From assembly GCA_035687325.1 (NCBI GenBank), contig DASRXV010000081.1, positions 14,546 to 78,545 on the forward strand: DNA of 64,000 nt, in the 5' to 3' direction. The DNA comes from Holophagaceae bacterium (GTDB taxonomy: Bacteria; Acidobacteriota; Holophagae; Holophagales; Holophagaceae). The position numbers and the translations under genes are program-made. Positions 24,708-35,321 of this stretch are shown one piece after another (the stretch's first letter is position 1; the number at the start of each line of letters is the position of its first letter). The notes beneath the pieces are model-generated. The model searched no databases and was not told the DNA's origin. It was given only the letters and a program-made list of their open reading frames with translations.

Positions 24708-25784
24708 CTAACGCCTCACCGGCATCCGGTACACCACGGCGTTGATGTGCATGCCTGCGCCCACCGAGGCGAAGAGGACGAGATCGCCGCTGTGCAGGGC
24801 CTGGCCTTCGAACTGGTCTTTGATCATCAGATCCCACAGCGTGGGCACGGTGGCCACGGAGCTGTTGCCCAGCCAAGCGATGGTCATGGGCATGATGTCC
24901 GGCGGTGTCGTGAGGCCTTCGGTGGCGTAGAGCGCGTCCACGATGGCCTCGTCCATTTTCCAGTTGGCCTGGTGGATGAGGATCTTGGACACCGCGGCGA
25001 GACCCACGCCGGCGCGCTCCAGCGCCGCTTTCATGGCGAGGGGCACCTGGTTGAGCGCGTAGCGGTAGAGCTTGCGGCCTTCCATCTTCAGGAAGAGGTC
25101 GCCGGGGAAGGCCCCGGGCTTGCTGGACGGCCCCATGGTGAGCAAGGCCGCGCCGTCCACGGCGTCCGTGCGGGCGGCGGAGGCGAGGATGCCGCCCTCC
25201 GTCTCGTGGCCTTCGAGGATCACGGCGCCTGCGCCATCGGCGTAGATGAGGCTGTCGCGGTCGTGGGGATCGGAGACACGGGAGAGCGTGTCCGCGCCGA
25301 TGACCAGCACGCGCCGGGCCTGGCCGGAGCGGATCATGGCGTCCGCCTGGATGACGCTCTGGAGCCAGCCGGGACAGCCGAAGACGAGGTCGAAGGCCGC
25401 GCAGGCGGGATTGCGGATGCCCAGGGAAGCCTTCACCCGCGCAGCGAGGGAGGGCACGAGGTCAGAGCGGGTGCTGCCGAGGCGCACATCGCCGAAGTTG
25501 TGGGCGACGAGGATGCCTTCGAGCGTTTCGGGATCAATGCCGGAAGAGGCCAGCGCGTTCCGCGCGGCCTCCAGCGCCAGATCCGAGGTCACCTGATCAG
25601 CCGCCGCATAGCGCCGCTCGCGGATCCCCGTGATGGCCTCGAACTGCGTGAGGATCTCCTCGTTAGGCTTGCCGATGGGCGCGCCGTCGAGTCCCCGGAA
25701 ATCGTGCTGGAGGAAAGCCGCGTTGGGCACCACGACGAGCGGCAGCACCGACCCGCTTCCGACGATCACTGTCCTCAACGCCAT
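24708..25784 (-). CDS. beta-ketoacyl-ACP synthase III family protein (FabH-like)
   Basis: 358 aa. Cys-His-Asn triad contexts FGCPGW, IHQAN, GNSSVATVP. Stand-alone, with no other fab genes nearby. Confidence 0.85.
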   Translation of the reverse strand: MALRTVIVGSGSVLPLVVVPNAAFLQHDFRGLDGAPIGKPNEEILTQFEAITGIRERRYAAADQVTSDLALEAARNALASSGIDPETLEGILVAHNFGDVRLGSTRSDLVPSLAARVKASLGIRNPACAAFDLVFGCPGWLQSVIQADAMIRSGQARRVLVIGADTLSRVSDPHDRDSLIYADGAGAVILEGHETEGGILASAARTDAVDGAALLTMGPSSKPGAFPGDLFLKMEGRKLYRYALNQVPLAMKAALERAGVGLAAVSKILIHQANWKMDEAIVDALYATEGLTTPPDIMPMTIAWLGNSSVATVPTLWDLMIKDQFEGQALHSGDLVLFASVGAGMHINAVVYRMPVRR

Positions 25785-25825
25785 GACGCTCCCGCACCAG
25801 AGGAGATCATGGCCTTATGAATGGC

Positions 25826-25850
25826 GATAAACGAATAAAAAATGTTTATC
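25826..25850. promoter_or_regulatory. inverted repeat GATAAAC-N11-GTTTATC upstream of the KAS III gene (operator or weak terminator)
   Basis: Read directly. A 7-bp perfect inverted repeat with an A/T-rich spacer, lying between the yaiI-like stop (25860) and the KAS III start (25784). Confidence 0.3.
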
Positions 25851-25859
25851 ACACGGTTT

Positions 25860-26351
25860 TCACAAGCGCCCATCCCCGTGTATCGGGGGTTTTGATTTCG
25901 CGGCTTTCATCACCTTCTGCACGACCGTGTCCAGGCTTTGGAGGAACTTGGAACGATCCCTGTCCGTGAAGGGCGCGGGGCCGCCGGTGATGGTGCCCAT
26001 GTCGCGGAGCTGGGCCATGAGTTCGCGGGTGGCCAGCGCATCGCCGATGGCTTCGTCGGTGAACACGCGGCCGCGCGGGTCCAGGGCCTTCGCGCCTTTG
26101 GCAAGGGAGCGCGCGGCCAGAGGGATGTCCTGGGTGACCACGATGCTGGCGTCGTCCGCCCGCTCGGCGATCCAATCGTCTGCCGCGTCCAGCGCGCCCT
26201 TGGGTACCACCACCAGCTCAATGTTGGGATCGTGTGGCACCGTCAGCCGACCGTTCGCCACGACGAGGACCCTAAGCCCCAGCCGCTTCGCCACCCGGTA
26301 GATCTCATCCTTCACCGGGCAGGCGTCGGCATCCACGAAGACGGTGATCAC
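25860..26351 (-). CDS. YaiI/YqxD family protein (UPF0178/DUF188)
   Basis: 163 aa. The N-terminal ITVFVDADACPVK is the family signature. GTG start. Confidence 0.85.
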   Translation of the reverse strand: MITVFVDADACPVKDEIYRVAKRLGLRVLVVANGRLTVPHDPNIELVVVPKGALDAADDWIAERADDASIVVTQDIPLAARSLAKGAKALDPRGRVFTDEAIGDALATRELMAQLRDMGTITGGPAPFTDRDRSKFLQSLDTVVQKVMKAAKSKPPIHGDGRL

Positions 26352-26369
26352 GACGCGGAGGCTTGGCTT

Positions 26370-26531
26370 CTATTCGGCCGCAGGCGCACCGTCCTCGTGG
26401 GTCTGCTCCTCGCCCTCACCGCCATTCTCAGTGCTCTTCTGGGCCTTGCGCTGGGCCTTCTCTTCGGCCTTCTTCTGCTTGGCCATTTCTCGCTGGCGCT
26501 TCTCGAAGTTGTAGTTGGGTTTCTTCGGCAT
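26370..26531 (-). CDS. small Lys/Glu-rich hypothetical protein (53 aa), not in the supplied ORF track
   Basis: My own translation of the minus strand: MPKKPNYNFEKRQREMAKQKKAEEKAQRKAQKSTENGGEGEEQTHEDGAPAAE. A GGAG lies 7 nt upstream of the ATG. It fills the gap between pyrC and the yaiI-like gene on the same strand. Confidence 0.4.
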   Translation of the reverse strand: MPKKPNYNFEKRQREMAKQKKAEEKAQRKAQKSTENGGEGEEQTHEDGAPAAE

Positions 26532-26580
26532 CACGCGCTCCAGGAAGTCAGTGTGGGAATGGGTAGGGAACTCGCGGGCA

Positions 26581-27873
26581 TCAGCCCCAGACCTTCTTGC
26601 CGGCCACCCAGGTGCCTTCGATTTTGCCGGGCAGCTGCCAACCTTTGAAGGGGGTGTTGTAGCTCTTGCTCTGGATGAAGACGCGATCCACCGTCACTTT
26701 CGCATCCAGGTTGACGAGCGCGAAGTCGGCGGGGTGACCCACGCGGAGGCTGCCGAGCCCCTTCTTGTCGAGGTGGAAGGCCTTTGCTGGGGCGGCGGTG
26801 AGCAAGTCCACGGCGCGCTCGAGGCTGATGATCTTCTTGTTCACCAGCAGCTCGATGGTCAGCGGAAACGCCGTCTCCAGGCCGATGACGCCGAAGGCCG
26901 CGATGGGCAGCTCCACCTCCTTGTCATCGTGTCCGTGGGGGGCGTGGTCCGTGGCGATGGCGTCCACCGTGCCGTCCGCCAGCGCTTCCAGCACGGCGTC
27001 GAGGTCGGCGTCGCTGCGGAGGGGCGGGTTCATCTTGTAGTCGGAGTCGAACTTCATCAGCTCCTTGTCCGTGAGCGCGAAGTGGTGGGGCGTCACCTCG
27101 CAGGTGACGGGCAGGCCGCGCTTCTTGGCTTCGCGGATCATGCGGAGCGAGCCTGCGGTGCTGATGTGGGCCAGGTGGAGATGGCCGCCCGTGTGTTCGG
27201 CTAGGACGATGTCGCGCGCCACCATGGCTTCTTCCGCTGCGGCGGGGATGCCCAGGCAGCCGAGCGCGGCGCTCACGGCGCCCTCGTGCATGTAGCCCTT
27301 GGCGGCCAAGGTCGGATCCTCCTCGTGCGCCACCACGGGCATCTCCAGCCAGCGCGTGTACTCCAAGGCGCGGCGCATGACTTCCGCGCTCACGATGGGG
27401 AGGCCGTCGTCGCTGAAGGCCACGCAGCCCGCGTCTTTCAGGGTGCCGAAGTCCGCCAGCTCTTCGCCCTTGAACTCCTTGGTGACGGCGCCGATGGGGA
27501 AGTAGCGGCAGAGCCCCGCCTTCGCGGCGCGGGCCAGCATCAGCTCCGTGATGGCCACGCTGTCGTTCACGGGCCGGGTGTTGGCCATGGCGCAGACGGT
27601 GGTGAACCCGCCCGCCACGGCCGCGCGGGAGCCGGTCTCGATGGATTCTTTGCGGGTATGACCTGGTTCGCGGAAGTGGACATGGAGATCAATGAAGCCG
27701 GGCACCAGGAGCTTGCCGCCCGCGTCCAGCACCTCCGCCCCGGCGGACATGGGATCGCGCTCGGCGTCAGGCCCGATGGCCGTGACCACGCCCTCCACGA
27801 CCAGGAGGCCGCCCAGCGTTTCGAGCTTCTGGGCGGGATCCAGGATCCGGGCGTTCTTCACGAGCAGAGACAT
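26581..27873 (-). CDS. pyrC: dihydroorotase
   Basis: 430 aa. DLHVHFREPG metal motif and cyclic amidohydrolase fold segments (ATDHAPH). Confidence 0.9.
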   Translation of the reverse strand: MSLLVKNARILDPAQKLETLGGLLVVEGVVTAIGPDAERDPMSAGAEVLDAGGKLLVPGFIDLHVHFREPGHTRKESIETGSRAAVAGGFTTVCAMANTRPVNDSVAITELMLARAAKAGLCRYFPIGAVTKEFKGEELADFGTLKDAGCVAFSDDGLPIVSAEVMRRALEYTRWLEMPVVAHEEDPTLAAKGYMHEGAVSAALGCLGIPAAAEEAMVARDIVLAEHTGGHLHLAHISTAGSLRMIREAKKRGLPVTCEVTPHHFALTDKELMKFDSDYKMNPPLRSDADLDAVLEALADGTVDAIATDHAPHGHDDKEVELPIAAFGVIGLETAFPLTIELLVNKKIISLERAVDLLTAAPAKAFHLDKKGLGSLRVGHPADFALVNLDAKVTVDRVFIQSKSYNTPFKGWQLPGKIEGTWVAGKKVWG

Positions 27874-27917
27874 GGGTTCCTCGGCGGCAACCCTTCAATC
27901 TTAGCGGGGCCCGGGCC

Positions 27918-28141
27918 CTATTCGGGCTTGAAGTAGATGAGGGCCGAAAGGCCGAGTCCCGAGATCAGCAGCTTGGGCCAGGAATCCGCGAAGACGATGC
28001 TGGCGCCGAAGAGGCCCGCGCCCCATGCCATCCGCAGGATCTCCTCCCGCTTCTTGCCCACGGCGAACGCCACCCACCCGATGGTGTTGAAGAGGCCGGA
28101 GACGATGATCAGAGGCCAGGTGATGTCCGAGAAGTTCGGCA

Positions 28142-28142
<1 letters not shown>
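27918..28142 (-). CDS. small membrane protein (74 aa, 2-3 TM)
   Basis: Hydrophobic ORF whose ATG shares one nt with the guaB stop (TGATG), suggesting translational coupling. Confidence 0.55.
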
Positions 28143-29698
<1,556 letters not shown>

Positions 29699-30622
29699 TT
29701 AAGGCAGCGGATGCTCGCATCGGAAACCGTCGTCCGCTCCGCCCTGCCAGGGAGCCCAGGCCGCGCAGGAGGGCAGGGCGCGGTCGCAGCGGGGCGCGAA
29801 GGGGCAGCCCGCGGGGCGCTCACCGGGCGATGAGAGGAAGCCGCCCTCGGTGGAGGGCTCGCGGCGCGCGGCGGAGAGCAGCCGGACCGTGTAGGGATGC
29901 GTCGGGTTTTTCAATAGCCGCGCGGCCGGTCCGGCCTCCATGGGTTCGCCGCCGTAGAGCACGAGGATACGGTCGCACAGCGAGGCCACCACGCCGAGGT
30001 CGTGAGTGATCCAGAGGAAGCCGAAGGACCGCTCCGCCTGGATCTCCCGGATCAATTCAAGGAACTCCGCCTGCACACCGGGGTCTAGCGCCGTCGTGGG
30101 CTCATCCAGCACCAGCAGTTCGGGATCACAGCTCAGGGCCATGGCCAGACAGAGCCGCTGCCGCTGGCCGCCAGAGAGCTCGTGGGAAAACCGCTTCAGG
30201 AAGGCCTTGTCGGAGGGAAGCCGTAGGCGCTCGAGCAGCGGTGTCAACCTGGCCACGGCCGTGGCCTTGCGCTCCTTGCGATGCACGCCGGGCAGCAAGG
30301 CCAGCTGCTCGGCCACCGTCATGAAAGGATTGAGGGCCTGCAAAGGATCCTGGGGCACCCAGGCGAGCCGGGCGCCGCGGATGCGGTCCCGCTCAGGCCC
30401 AGGCCGGTCCAGTCGAGTGCCGAAAGCCGTGATCCAGCCGCCGGTCTGGGCGACGCCCTTGGGCAGCACGCCGAAGAGGGCCTGCACGAGCAGGCTCTTG
30501 CCGGAGCCGGATTCGCCCACGAGGCCCAGCCTGCCGCCGGGCGCCAGATCCAGGTCCAGGGGGCCCAGGAGATGGGCTCCGTCCTGGCGTTCCAGGCGCA
30601 GGTTCCGGATCTGGAGTGTCAT
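29699..30622 (-). CDS. ABC transporter ATP-binding protein, oligopeptide/dipeptide (DppD/OppD) type; no permease or binding-protein gene nearby
   Basis: Walker A GESGSGKS, signature LSGGQRQR, Walker B LLVLDEPT, and a C-terminal oligo-type extension with CPFAPRC. Confidence 0.85.
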   Translation of the reverse strand: MTLQIRNLRLERQDGAHLLGPLDLDLAPGGRLGLVGESGSGKSLLVQALFGVLPKGVAQTGGWITAFGTRLDRPGPERDRIRGARLAWVPQDPLQALNPFMTVAEQLALLPGVHRKERKATAVARLTPLLERLRLPSDKAFLKRFSHELSGGQRQRLCLAMALSCDPELLVLDEPTTALDPGVQAEFLELIREIQAERSFGFLWITHDLGVVASLCDRILVLYGGEPMEAGPAARLLKNPTHPYTVRLLSAARREPSTEGGFLSSPGERPAGCPFAPRCDRALPSCAAWAPWQGGADDGFRCEHPLP

Positions 30623-30798
30623 CTCTTGATGCTAACGGAAGCCGCCGAAATGCAGCACTTCCATATCCCGTAGAAGAACGCCTTGACGCCCAGGAACCCG
30701 GGACTAGGTTGAACACACTTAGCAAGCGGACGGGACCTTGGGCACCCGGGTCCCTGGACAACCATTCGTGCGCGGTGAGCGCCAAAGAAGGAGGTCCC

Positions 30799-31026
30799 AT
30801 GGATTTTCTGCGCCCTGATCTTCAAGAGCGCTTGATGAAGGAGCATTTCGAGTTCCGGCGGCTGATGGAGGAACACAAGGCCGCGGATGAGAAGCTCGTC
30901 ACTCTCCAGCGGAAGAGCGGCCTTTCCGCCCGCGAGTCGCTGGAAGAGGTCGAGCTCAAAAAGGCGAAGCTGCGCGCCAAGGAGCGCATCTACCAGATCG
31001 TCCAGGAGGCCGATCGTTCGCATTAG
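30799..31026 (+). CDS. DUF465 (YdcH-like) small coiled-coil protein
   Basis: 75 aa. Strong RBS (AAGGAGG 5 nt upstream). The HFEFRRLMEEHKAADEKL pattern is typical of DUF465. Confidence 0.75.
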   Translation: MDFLRPDLQERLMKEHFEFRRLMEEHKAADEKLVTLQRKSGLSARESLEEVELKKAKLRAKERIYQIVQEADRSH

Positions 31027-31048
31027 GTTTTCTGGATGTTCGTGGACG

Positions 31049-31069
31049 GGGCCGCCAGGAGGGCGGCCC
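31049..31069. terminator. GC-rich hairpin between convergent DUF465 and hutI genes
   Basis: GGGCCGCC-aggag-GGCGGCCC, an 8-bp perfect stem followed by tctccatattc. Confidence 0.5.
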
Positions 31070-31078
31070 TCTCCATAT

Positions 31079-32281
31079 TCAGAGAAACCGCGGCCGGAAG
31101 TCCCCACCCACCCAGTAGACGAGCTCCAGGGGGTCCTTCAAGTCCCAGAGCAGCACTTCCGCGCGCGCGCCAGAATGGAGATGCCCGAAATCCTCGCGGC
31201 CCAGGCTTCGCGCGGCGTGAAGGGTCATGGCCGTGAGGGCTTCCTCGAAGGTGAGCCGCAATTGCAGGCACCCGAGGCGCAGGATGAGCAACGGGTCGAG
31301 GCAGGGGCAGGAGCCGGGGTTGAAGTCCGATGCCAGTGCCACGGAACACCCAGCCTCGATCATCTTCCGCGCGGGAGCCCAGTCGCGCATGCCCAGGAAC
31401 AGCGTCGTGCCCGGCAGCAGCACGGGCGTCACGCTGGCCGCGGCCATGGCCTTCATCCCGTCATCCGAACAGAACATGAGATGGTCCGCGCTGGCGCCAC
31501 CCAGTTCCGCCGCCAGCTCGGCGCCGCCGGTCCAGGAGAGTTCATCGGCATGCACACGGGGCGTGAGGTCCAGCGCCTTGCCCGCCTTGAAGATGGCGCG
31601 GCCCTGGTCGACCGTGAAGACACCCTTTTCGATGAACACATCGCAGTAGCGGGCCAAGCCGGGAAAGCGGCGCACGAGTTCCGGAAGCCATTCCTTCGCG
31701 ACGAGGTTCGCGTAGCCCTCCGCATCGCCCGGGAATTCCATGGGGATGTCGTGGGCGGGCAGTAGCGTGATGTCCAGGCTCCAACCCTTCGCCTTCAGAG
31801 CCGCGTAAGCCTCCAGTTGGCGGGACTCGGCCTCCAGCTCCAGTCCGTAACCGGTCTTGGCCTCGATGTGGACGACGCCGCGGCTCCGCAATTCCTGAAG
31901 CCGGGCCTCGCCGGCCGCTGTGAGCTCCTCTACCGTCGCCGCCTGCGTGGCTCGCACGGTTTCGCGGATGCCCCCGCCTTCGGAGGCGATCTGCGCGTAG
32001 CTGACGCCATGGAGGCGGCGGTTGAACTCGCCGCTGCGGTCGCCGCCGAAGACGAGATGCGTATGAGGATCCACGAAGCCCGGCGTGGCCCAGGCGCCTC
32101 CTCCATCCACGGTCTCTGTTCCCTTCCACTCGCCTGGCAGATCCGCGCGGCGGCCCATCCAGGCCACGCGGCCCTCCACGAGGACGAGCGCGGCATCCTC
32201 GATGCGGTCCACCGCCCAGGCCCGCCGGGGGTCCGGCGTCAGGAGGCCGCGGAGGTTGGTGAGGACACACGCATTGGGCAT
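31079..32281 (-). CDS. hutI: imidazolonepropionase
   Basis: 400 aa. GFVDPHTHLVFGG metal motif and HADE/ASDFNPGS segments typical of HutI. Confidence 0.9.
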   Translation of the reverse strand: MPNACVLTNLRGLLTPDPRRAWAVDRIEDAALVLVEGRVAWMGRRADLPGEWKGTETVDGGGAWATPGFVDPHTHLVFGGDRSGEFNRRLHGVSYAQIASEGGGIRETVRATQAATVEELTAAGEARLQELRSRGVVHIEAKTGYGLELEAESRQLEAYAALKAKGWSLDITLLPAHDIPMEFPGDAEGYANLVAKEWLPELVRRFPGLARYCDVFIEKGVFTVDQGRAIFKAGKALDLTPRVHADELSWTGGAELAAELGGASADHLMFCSDDGMKAMAAASVTPVLLPGTTLFLGMRDWAPARKMIEAGCSVALASDFNPGSCPCLDPLLILRLGCLQLRLTFEEALTAMTLHAARSLGREDFGHLHSGARAEVLLWDLKDPLELVYWVGGDFRPRFL

Positions 32282-32314
32282 TCATCCAGTTTCGCATGGC
32301 GGCTACCCTTGGGC

Positions 32315-33073
32315 ATGTGCTGCCTACGGACTGCCGGGTTCCTCCTCGCTTCGCTCATGGCTGCCGCGCCGGCTTTCGCGCAGGCACCGCAACTCAAATC
32401 TGGCGAGGCCTTCCTTACGCTGGATGCGGAAGGCAAGCTCCACAGCTGGGGTGACACGAAGACACAGCACCCCCTGGGCGAGATGGCCAAGTTCGCGTGG
32501 CTGAAGATCGCCGGCGCCGACTGGGCGAGCCTCGATGTCTATTGGGACTGCAAGAACCCCGCCTGCCTGCCTCCGAAAGGTCATGGCCGGGTGGACCTCA
32601 AGAAGGCCTTCCGAGAGGATTGCGATGACGCCTTCCTCTTCTGGGCGAACTGGGAGCGCAAGGACTGGGTCGAGCACCAGGGCGAGGAGATCACCCGAAT
32701 GCAGCTCGTGACCACCTTCGCGCCCTTTCTCGGGGGCCGCCTGCCGAAGGAAGGCCCGCTGCCGGAGTTCACGCCGGAATGGATCGGCCGCGGCGACCTG
32801 CTCCAGGCCTCGCCGGAGGCTTTCCTGGCCTGGATCGGCACGCCTGAGAACCAAGGCGTGTTGACCATGTCCCGGCAGTTCCTCGCGGGATTCTTCGCCG
32901 TCACCTTTGACACGAAGAAGTGGTGGTTCAAGCCCGGTGCGTGCAGCCAGGGCACCTGGGTGCTGGCGGGCGACGGCCAGAGCGAGGCGCTGCTGTTCAT
33001 CTCCATGCCGGAGCTGCCCAAGGATGCCGTCCAGCGCATGAAGGAGATCATGGGCACCGGCAAGCAGAAGTAG
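32315..33073 (+). CDS. secreted hypothetical protein; possibly a degenerate class D beta-lactamase/BlaR-sensor-like fold
   Basis: Signal peptide MCCLRTAGFLLASLMAAAPAFA/QAP. Weak motif parallels are described in the findings. Confidence 0.6.
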   Translation: MCCLRTAGFLLASLMAAAPAFAQAPQLKSGEAFLTLDAEGKLHSWGDTKTQHPLGEMAKFAWLKIAGADWASLDVYWDCKNPACLPPKGHGRVDLKKAFREDCDDAFLFWANWERKDWVEHQGEEITRMQLVTTFAPFLGGRLPKEGPLPEFTPEWIGRGDLLQASPEAFLAWIGTPENQGVLTMSRQFLAGFFAVTFDTKKWWFKPGACSQGTWVLAGDGQSEALLFISMPELPKDAVQRMKEIMGTGKQK

Positions 33074-33318
33074 TGGTCTGGCACCTCTACCTCCTGCGCT
33101 GCGGCGACGGCACCCTCTACTGCGGCATCGCGCTGGATGTGCAGGCGAGGCTCAAGCAGCATCAGGACGGCAAGGGCGCCAAGTACACGCGCGGGCGCGG
33201 GCCCTTGGAGCTGGTCCACGAAGAAGCCTGCGGAACGAGGGCGGAGGCGCTCAAGCGCGAGCGGCAGGTGAAGCGGCTGCCGCGCAGCGCAAAGCTGGAG
33301 TTGATGAAGCGATCCTAG
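33073..33318 (+). CDS. GIY-YIG nuclease family protein (UPF0213/YhbQ-like)
   Basis: 81 aa. WHLYLLRCGDGTLYCGIALDVQARLKQH...GAKYTR...RERQVKR is the GIY-YIG core. The GTG start shares one nt with the upstream TAG. Confidence 0.8.
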   Translation: MVWHLYLLRCGDGTLYCGIALDVQARLKQHQDGKGAKYTRGRGPLELVHEEACGTRAEALKRERQVKRLPRSAKLELMKRS

Positions 33319-33995
33319 CGACCCTTCTCCATCTCCGCCTGCAACTCGCGGATGGCCTGCTTGGGGTCCGGTGCTTTGAACACGGCGTTGCCGGCCACGA
33401 GCACATCCGCTCCGGCGGCCACGAGGTCGCGGGCGTTCTTCATGCCCACGCCGCCGTCCACCTCGATCAAGAAGGGCGTCTGGCGTTCGCTGCGAAGCGC
33501 GTCCAGTCGCCGCACCTTGTCCAGGACGCGGGGGATGAAGCTCTGTCCGCCGAAGCCGGGATTCACGCTCATGAGCAGCACGAAGTCGAAATCGCCCACG
33601 AGATCCACAAGCGTCTCCACGGGGGTGGAAGGATTCAGCACCACGCCGGCCTTGGCGCCCGCGTCGCGGATGGCGCGCAGGGTGCGATGGAGGTGCGGAT
33701 CGGCTTCCTGGTGGACGCTCACCCAGTCCGCCCCGGCTTTCACGAATTCCGCGGCGTAACGCAGGGGCTCCACGATCATGAGGTGGCAGTCCAGCGGCAG
33801 CCGGGTGGCGCGGCGCATGGCTTCCACCACGGGCATGCCGATGGTGATGTTGGGCACGAAACGGCCATCCATCACGTCCACATGGGCCACGCCCGCGCCT
33901 GCCGCCTCGATCATCGAAAGCGCCTCGCCCAGCCGCGTGAAGTCGGCGGAGAGCAGCGAGGGCGCGAGCAGGGGCTTGGGGGGGCGCAGATCCAT
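33315..33995 (-). CDS. rpe: ribulose-phosphate 3-epimerase
   Basis: 226 aa. APSLLSADF, HVDVMDGRFVPN, MSVNPGFGGQ. Confidence 0.95.
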   Translation of the reverse strand: MDLRPPKPLLAPSLLSADFTRLGEALSMIEAAGAGVAHVDVMDGRFVPNITIGMPVVEAMRRATRLPLDCHLMIVEPLRYAAEFVKAGADWVSVHQEADPHLHRTLRAIRDAGAKAGVVLNPSTPVETLVDLVGDFDFVLLMSVNPGFGGQSFIPRVLDKVRRLDALRSERQTPFLIEVDGGVGMKNARDLVAAGADVLVAGNAVFKAPDPKQAIRELQAEMEKGR

Positions 33996-34017
33996 GGGCC
34001 GAGTATGCCAGAGGCGG

Positions 34018-35274
34018 TCAGTGTTCCTGGCGGACGAGCCTCACCCAGCCCCGTGAGATGGCACCGGCTGGATCGGCCCGGATGGCGTCGTACACCCCAG
34101 CATCCCCGCTCCAGGACTCCTCGCCTGCCTCCATGCCGACCCAGCGGTCCCGGCCGCCCTCCTTGGCCAGATAAAGCCCGGCGTCCGCCAAGCCCACGCA
34201 CTGCTCCCAGCCAACCCAGTCTGGCGCCTCTGGAAGGAAGGGGTAGAGGGTGAAGCCGATGGAGCAGGTGCGGTGGAGCGCCTTTCCATTTGGAAGCAGG
34301 AAGGAGTGGTTCGCCACCCTGCGGCGGATGCGCTCTGCCAGGCCGAGAGGCAGGACGCGGCCCGTGTCCCGGGCGACGACGACGAACTCCTCGCCTCCCC
34401 AGCGCACGACAATGTCCGGGCGCCGGACGATGTCACGCAGGAGCACGCCCAGCTGCCGCAGGACCGCGTCCCCCGCGTCATGCCCGTGCTCGTCGTTCAC
34501 CTGCTTGAAGTGGTCGAGGTCGATGATGAGGAGCTTGAGCGTGAGACGGCGGCCATCGGGCTGAACCCAGGTCCGCAAAGCCTGCGCGGTCTCGGGATCC
34601 ATGAACTCGGCCAGGAAGCGGCGGTTATGGAGTCCCGTGAGGCTGTCCCGCAGGGCCAGCTCGCGGCTCCGGAGGCGCAGGAGCAGCTCGTCCCGGAGCG
34701 ACTGGTGGACCCGGAGGCTGAGGGCGCCCAGCCCGAAGATGTAAAGCCAGGCCAGGGCTTGGAAGGCGAGGGGGTGCTCGGGCACAGGGTGGAGATGCGA
34801 GGCCAGGGCGAGGGACCCCACGATGGGTCCGAGATAGGCCAGGTAGGTGACGGGGCTGGGGGCCATGCTGACGAGCGCGCCGGACCCCAGTCCAGCGGCG
34901 ATCATGCCGAGGATCCCCGTCTCCATCGGGGTGAGCAGGGGGAACGCCAGCAAGATGGTGGCGGCCAGGATGAGGGACACAGTGGTGCTCCCCGCGGTGA
35001 ACCAGAGATGCCGGGCTTCGGGAGTGCCGGCCTTCCAGCGGTGGAGCAGGATCCGGAGCATGCCCGCCGCCAGGACAGAGGCCAGCAGCCACTGGATGCG
35101 CGGATCCTCCTGCGCGGCCCGCCGGAGTGTCACCCAGAGCAGCGCGAGCACAGGCAGCAGGGCCGCCAGCGCCATCCGGCCGCGCCGCTCCAGTTCGTCC
35201 ACAAGCGCCGCGCGGGCTTCGGAAAGCAGTGGCAGGTCTTCTGGCGGAATGGGGAAGGGCGAGATGAGATCCAT
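34018..35274 (-). CDS. membrane diguanylate cyclase (5-6 TM N-terminal domain plus GGDEF), paralog 1
   Basis: 418 aa. LTGLHNRR, DLDHFKQVND, I-site RRPD five residues before the GGEEF A-site. Confidence 0.85.
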   Translation of the reverse strand: MDLISPFPIPPEDLPLLSEARAALVDELERRGRMALAALLPVLALLWVTLRRAAQEDPRIQWLLASVLAAGMLRILLHRWKAGTPEARHLWFTAGSTTVSLILAATILLAFPLLTPMETGILGMIAAGLGSGALVSMAPSPVTYLAYLGPIVGSLALASHLHPVPEHPLAFQALAWLYIFGLGALSLRVHQSLRDELLLRLRSRELALRDSLTGLHNRRFLAEFMDPETAQALRTWVQPDGRRLTLKLLIIDLDHFKQVNDEHGHDAGDAVLRQLGVLLRDIVRRPDIVVRWGGEEFVVVARDTGRVLPLGLAERIRRRVANHSFLLPNGKALHRTCSIGFTLYPFLPEAPDWVGWEQCVGLADAGLYLAKEGGRDRWVGMEAGEESWSGDAGVYDAIRADPAGAISRGWVRLVRQEH

Positions 35275-35321
35275 GGTCAGCGGATGCCTTTGGGGATGAA
35301 ACCAATACTAGGCTCTCCGCC

